A stretch of 64,000 nt of DNA. Origin: Solirubrobacteraceae bacterium. GTDB lineage: Bacteria > Actinomycetota > Thermoleophilia > Solirubrobacterales > Solirubrobacteraceae. Position 1 is the first letter of the stretch, and every line of letters begins with the position of its first letter. The DNA is taken from NCBI GenBank assembly GCA_035551655.1, contig DASZNA010000072.1:5526-69525 (forward strand). Reading direction: 5' to 3'. Of the stretch, positions 59,942 to 64,000 are shown one piece after another. The notes under the pieces were generated by a model, which worked only from the letters and a program-made list of their open reading frames with translations, had not been told where the DNA came from and did not search any database. The translations under genes were made by a program, and so were the position numbers.

Positions 59942-60886
59942 GTGCAGATTGCGTTGAGCGCCGACATGGAGGGCATTTCTCAGCTCCGTGATCCGCACTC
60001 AATTCTGGCATTCGAGAGGTCCTATTGGGATCAGGGTCGCCGCCAGTTGACGGCCGATGTGGTGGCTGCCGCGGCCGGGCTTCTAAACGCAGGGGCTGAC
60101 GAGGTCATCGTCCTCGACAATCACGGCAGCGGGAACCCAGAAAACGTGATCGCGGACGAGCTTCCAGTCGGCGCACGGTTGGAAGCGTGGAACGTGTTTG
60201 AGCTGACAAGCCATGGCGTCGACGCGATGCTTCAAGTCGGCTACCACGCCCGCGCCGGCGTGCCGGCTTATATCTCTCACACGTACGTCCCGCGACTAAT
60301 GTTGCGGGTCGACGGGGAGCTGATCAGTGAGAGCCACGGTCGCATCTGGGCCGCCGGAGTTCCGCTGCTGGGGATCATCGGCAACGATGCCCACCAGCGG
60401 ACGCTGGGGTCTCTCGGTGAGGTGCCGTACCTCGTCGTTCAGCGGACCAGCTCGGCATTCGAGATGGAGCCGGTGTTCGCGGACCAAGCCGCAGCCAGCG
60501 AAGCCATTGCCGCATTCAGCGCCCAAGCGCTGAGAAATCGGGGCGTGACGCTCCGCGCTCCAGAGGCGCCGGTCTTTGAGTCCAGCTTCGATGCCGAAAC
60601 GACCGAGCCGAGCATGACCGGCGCGGGATGGCAGCAGCTGAGCGAGACCGAATACGCGATCCAGCTCCGTGATTGGGCCGAGGCACGCGAACCACTGGCC
60701 ACCGCCATGGCCGCCGCCATCTCACCCTGGATGCCTTACTTTGCGTCCTACGACCTGAGTTCGGCCGTCGCACTTGAGCGGGTGCATGATCAGACCATCT
60801 TGATAGAGGGCCGCGAACGGTTCGCGGCGTGGCTACACCGCGATCATCCCGAGTGGCAGGCGCCGGAAATAGCTGCCGCCCCCTAG
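59942..60886 (+). CDS. Peptidase M55 (D-aminopeptidase DppA-like)
   Basis: SADMEGIS, LDNHGSG, VGYHARAG and ISHT. Confidence 0.85.
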   Translation: MQIALSADMEGISQLRDPHSILAFERSYWDQGRRQLTADVVAAAAGLLNAGADEVIVLDNHGSGNPENVIADELPVGARLEAWNVFELTSHGVDAMLQVGYHARAGVPAYISHTYVPRLMLRVDGELISESHGRIWAAGVPLLGIIGNDAHQRTLGSLGEVPYLVVQRTSSAFEMEPVFADQAAASEAIAAFSAQALRNRGVTLRAPEAPVFESSFDAETTEPSMTGAGWQQLSETEYAIQLRDWAEAREPLATAMAAAISPWMPYFASYDLSSAVALERVHDQTILIEGRERFAAWLHRDHPEWQAPEIAAAP

Positions 60887-60887
60887 A

Positions 60888-61032
60888 CGCCCTTCGTGCT
60901 CCCAGGTGCTGCTGGAACGCGCCCAACTGCTGCACGCCGACCGGCGCGACGTGGCCGCCGCACCGCTGCTTGCCGAGACGGCCGAGATCTTCACCCGGCT
61001 GCGCGCGACCCCTACCTCGAACGCGCCGAGCG
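60888..61032 (+). pseudogene. Frameshifted C-terminal remnant of an AAA/TPR (adenylate cyclase- or LuxR-associated) gene
   Basis: QVLLERAQLL..APLLAETAEIFTRLRATP continues as YLERAE in another frame; no start or upstream body. Confidence 0.55.
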
Positions 61033-61060
61033 ATCGGAGAAGCCCGACCGCCTTGGGGGA

Positions 61061-61089
61061 AGTGGCACAAGTCCGATCCTTGTGCCACT
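61061..61089. repeat. Perfect 11-bp inverted repeat
   Basis: AGTGGCACAAG-7nt-CTTGTGCCACT, ~95 nt upstream of tRNA fragment 1. Confidence 0.75.
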
Positions 61090-61183
61090 AGCCGCACGCA
61101 TCCGGGCACATCCGATCGTGCACGACCACCCGCGACCGCCCGCGCGGGCCTGTGTTCTGGGCGAGCCGGCGAATGAGTCCAGC

Positions 61184-61227
61184 CGCTTCACACGCGAGAG
61201 GTCGCTGGTTCGAGGCCACCGTGCCCA
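61184..61227 (+). pseudogene. Degenerate tRNA-Val(CAC) 3' half (att-like scar 1)
   Basis: CGC-TTCACAC-GCG anticodon arm, AGGTC variable loop, GCTGG-TTCGA T arm (damaged) and CGTGCCC-A acceptor strand; no D arm or 5' strand. Confidence 0.7.
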
Positions 61228-61281
61228 TCCCCAGAGCCAACGATGGGTGGCTGACCCAGGGGAACGTCGTCGGATCCAGCG

Positions 61282-61809
61282 CTACGCAATCGCGGCGCAG
61301 AAATCCTGACCGATGTACGTGGCTGCGAATTCGGGGTACTTACCGCTGAGCGAAATCGGCTGACCATCGGGACCGATCACCACGCGACCGACGTGCTGCA
61401 CCACGAGACCCTGTCCAGGAAGGGTCGACATGTTCCGTGTTCCGGTGAGCGCGATCGTGCCGGCCACGAAGTCCATGTGGACCATCAGATTCGTCAGCAC
61501 GGAGATCGACTTCCCAGTCGACGCGTTGGTGTCCGTTTCCCAGGACTTGATCTGGCCGATCTGGCTGATGGGGTTACCCGCCGCGTCGAACCAGGTCGTA
61601 ACACGCCCATCGTCGTGCCCCGAGATCAAGTCGGTGAACGCCCCACAGTCGGAGCTGGAAGAGAAGGTATCGGCGAACGTGAATGTCTGAGAGCTGCGCT
61701 GTCCGGCACTAGCGGAAGACACCACCACTAGCGCGAGGATGACTACTAGTCCGGCCGTGTAGAGCTTGCGCCTAACCACCTCGTTGTGTGGTTGTGGAGT
61801 GGGCTCCAA
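61282..61809 (-). CDS. Secreted hypothetical beta-rich protein with two Cys
   Basis: Signal peptide RRKLYTAGLVVILALVVVSSASA; SDCG...DFCAAIA; true start probably near 61779. Confidence 0.8.
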   Translation of the reverse strand: MEPTPQPHNEVVRRKLYTAGLVVILALVVVSSASAGQRSSQTFTFADTFSSSSDCGAFTDLISGHDDGRVTTWFDAAGNPISQIGQIKSWETDTNASTGKSISVLTNLMVHMDFVAGTIALTGTRNMSTLPGQGLVVQHVGRVVIGPDGQPISLSGKYPEFAATYIGQDFCAAIA

Positions 61810-62080
61810 GAGGCCGTTGAAGAAGTTCGGACCTGGTCAACCTGTGCGCCCCGGACATCGATCTACGACTGCCAGCCTCGCTGCGAAGGCCGCACGACGC
61901 AGACAACCGCCTTAGGCGCGTAAGGACGCTCCGCGGCGTTCTGGCCCAATCCAACCTACAGCCGTTCCGGCTGTCAACGGGGAATTGTTGCGCCGACGAA
62001 GTCCAGCGGCCTCCTCGACTGCATTGCGACACGAGGTCGACGAAGCGTGCTTCGACACCGGGCCGGTAGGACCGGCGGCC

Positions 62081-62118
62081 CATGCGAGAGGTAGCTGGTT
62101 CGAAGCCAGCCGTGCCGA
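62081..62118 (+). pseudogene. Degenerate tRNA-Val 3' half (att-like scar 2)
   Basis: CATGCGAGAGGTAGCTGGTTCGAAGCCAGCCGTGCCGA has an intact T arm GCTGG/CCAGC and aligns to 61191-61227. Confidence 0.7.
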
Positions 62119-62200
62119 TGGTCGTCGGAGTAGTCGAGCCCTGTCTCGAGCACGACGTCAGAGGTGTCCGGCGAACGATTAGCTCTGCGAAGATCGCTTC

Positions 62201-62980
62201 GTGCGAGCATCCGGCCCGGGACCGGTGTTGCCTGACGCCGACGCGGTAGCGGCGGCGCTGGGTTCGACGTGGGTGCTGCTGGCTTCGACGCTCGAGACCG
62301 GGTGGGCCCGGGAGGCGGACGGCCTTCACGGGCTCGTCACGGGAATGCCGGTTCCCACGCTCAATGGTGCATGGGTTTTGAGCGCTGACGCCAGTGCGAC
62401 GCAGGTGCAGGCTGAGCTGGATGCGGTGAACGAAGAGGACGTCCCGTTCTGTTTGCAGTGCCGTTCCAGCTGGCGCAGCGCCGGTCAGGTGATCGCCTCG
62501 GCGCGGGGGTTGACGACCGAGCCAGACATCCCGCTCATGGCTCGCGCAGGGCCGCTCGAGGCCGCGCCGGCTGCCGGCCTGTCAGTGCGCCATCTGGAGC
62601 GCGGCGAAGCGCATGTGCATTGCGAGGTGGCCGGTCCTGCATTTGGTGCCCCGCCCGAACTGTTCGCTCAGCTGGTCACAGATGAAGTGCTGGGCCTTGC
62701 CGAGGTCACCGGGTACGTGGGACGGGTCAGCGGTGAGGAGGTCGTGACCGCGCTCTCGGTGACGGTTGATGACGCGGTGGGCATCTTCAATGTTGCGACC
62801 CTGCCGGCGCATCGTGGGCGAGGGTATGGGGCGGCAATCACCGCCACGGCCACTCGCGAGGCATTCGAGCGCGGCGCTGCCTACGCCTGGCTGCAGTCCT
62901 CTCAAGCCGGGTACGGGGTATACGAGCGACTCGGATTCGCCACCCTGGAGCGCTGGCCATGCTGGGTCTCGTCGGCTTGA
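62201..62980 (+). CDS. GNAT acetyltransferase
   Basis: VATLPAHRGRGYG and VYERLGF; start uncertain. Confidence 0.88.
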   Translation: MRASGPGPVLPDADAVAAALGSTWVLLASTLETGWAREADGLHGLVTGMPVPTLNGAWVLSADASATQVQAELDAVNEEDVPFCLQCRSSWRSAGQVIASARGLTTEPDIPLMARAGPLEAAPAAGLSVRHLERGEAHVHCEVAGPAFGAPPELFAQLVTDEVLGLAEVTGYVGRVSGEEVVTALSVTVDDAVGIFNVATLPAHRGRGYGAAITATATREAFERGAAYAWLQSSQAGYGVYERLGFATLERWPCWVSSA

Positions 62981-63242
62981 ACCGGGTCGTCGATTGACCG
63001 CAGAGCTCCCCGTCGGGCCGAACGAGTCATTCGGGTAGGACAACCACCTCCCACTGAAACTCGGCGTCACGGGGTGGTCCTAGGACCGCCGCCGAGGCGG
63101 TGAACAATGATTTTCAAGTGGGTGCCCAGCGTCGGGTCGGGGCTTTCCCCTTCGGGCTACTTCCGCTCGTCGATCAAGCGACAGCGGCGATGATATTGGC
63201 GAATACTCGTTCTCGTCTAAATCCAGGTCTTCGCTCGAGCGC

Positions 63243-63674
63243 TTATGAGTGGTTGAGGGGATGGCTTCCGCCGCACATTGATGTGGGAAGGGGCTGGGTG
63301 TTTCCGTCGGTGAAGATGCGCCACCGCTCGCCTGCTCTGGCCAGGATTCCGTCCTCGCTGACTGTTGTTCCGCTTTGGCGGCGAGTGACAGCTGTCTGGA
63401 TGCGCACGACTTTCGGACCCTGCCCCTTCAAGTAGCGAAGGACCTCAAACCGCGCTGGCGAGGTGAGGGCCAACGAGGATCCAACCAGAGCTGTCTGACC
63501 CCGGAGCAGCTTTCCATCAAAAACCAAGCGAGCGTGCCTCATCTCCTGCTTCAGACTGAGGGCCGCGCAGCTCGCGGCGCCGGGGTCGATCCGGTTAGCG
63601 GACTTTGACTGTCCCCCGCAACCTGAGATCAGGATTACAGCGCCGGCCGCCACGAGTAATCTTGCACCCCTCAT
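63243..63674 (-). CDS. Lipoprotein with a TIMP/NTR-like pattern
   Basis: Lipobox LISGC; SCA...LVFDGK...FEVLRYLKG...SMCGGS. Confidence 0.7.
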   Translation of the reverse strand: MRGARLLVAAGAVILISGCGGQSKSANRIDPGAASCAALSLKQEMRHARLVFDGKLLRGQTALVGSSLALTSPARFEVLRYLKGQGPKVVRIQTAVTRRQSGTTVSEDGILARAGERWRIFTDGNTQPLPTSMCGGSHPLNHS

Positions 63675-63795
63675 CCCACTAGAGCCGGCGACTGGTTCTG
63701 CATCCACACCGACACTACGCCGCACCGGCACCTACATCACTACATTCGCCGCTCTCTCCGGCCTGCCGGAAAGCAGGGCTCCGCCCGAGGGCGGG

Positions 63796-63999
63796 CTATC
63801 GGCTAACGGCCGATCCGACGATCGCCTTCAGGGTCGCGATCACGTGCGGAAGCGCCGACCCGGGACCTGGAGCCTTGACCAGGTGTTTCACGCCGTCGGT
63901 CGTGAAACGTATCTTCGACGCCCACGCATGGAGGCTGATGTCGTAGTGCACGCCTCCGGCGGTGAAGTAGAAGATGAGGTGGCCCGCCTCTTCGCCGCC
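63796..63999 (-). CDS. Hypothetical protein, 5'-truncated by the window edge
   Basis: Open frame GGEEAGHLIFYFTAGGVHYDISLHAW...IATLKAIVGSAVSR*. Confidence 0.6.
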   Translation of the reverse strand, partial: GGEEAGHLIFYFTAGGVHYDISLHAWASKIRFTTDGVKHLVKAPGPGSALPHVIATLKAIVGSAVSR

Positions 64000-64000
64000 G

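Noticed and set aside
61150-61230. Intact tRNA-Val gene
   Set aside because: No 5' acceptor strand or D arm, and the T stem is damaged; both copies are fragments
63100-63435. 111-aa plus-strand ORF
   Set aside because: Overlaps the lipoprotein gene antisense and has poor codon bias

Overview
High-GC actinobacterial chromosome segment. Gene content and protein style suggest Thermoleophilia/Solirubrobacterales, which is an inference. The centrepiece is a complete, almost fully translationally coupled ~14 kb group 1h (high-affinity, atmospheric-H2-type) [NiFe]-hydrogenase operon on the minus strand, 21169-35272: hypC, hypC-like, hypD, hypE, hhyS, hhyL, NifU/Rieske-like, three conserved hypotheticals, maturation protease, hypA, hypB, tandem-SIS GmhA-like, hypF and an unknown ORF. 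It is flanked by a NiCoT nickel permease with an unknown Cys/His protein and by a divergent Cys-rich Crp/Fnr-family regulator. Three copies of a palindrome CGTAA-N6-TTAC sit in the promoters of the hyp/hhy operon, the Crp gene and the nickel permease, suggesting an undescribed local H2/Ni regulon. The rest is metabolic, transport and regulatory genes, including a GGDEF-GAF-HD-GYP protein, a ZAS-fused ECF sigma factor, a NhaA-DsbA fusion, MFS/ABC/APC transporters and secreted glycoside hydrolases. The right end (~59-64 kb) looks accessory, with two degenerate tRNA-Val(CAC) 3' fragments, a frameshifted gene remnant and short orphan genes. No intact tRNA, rRNA, CRISPR array, transposase or integrase was seen.
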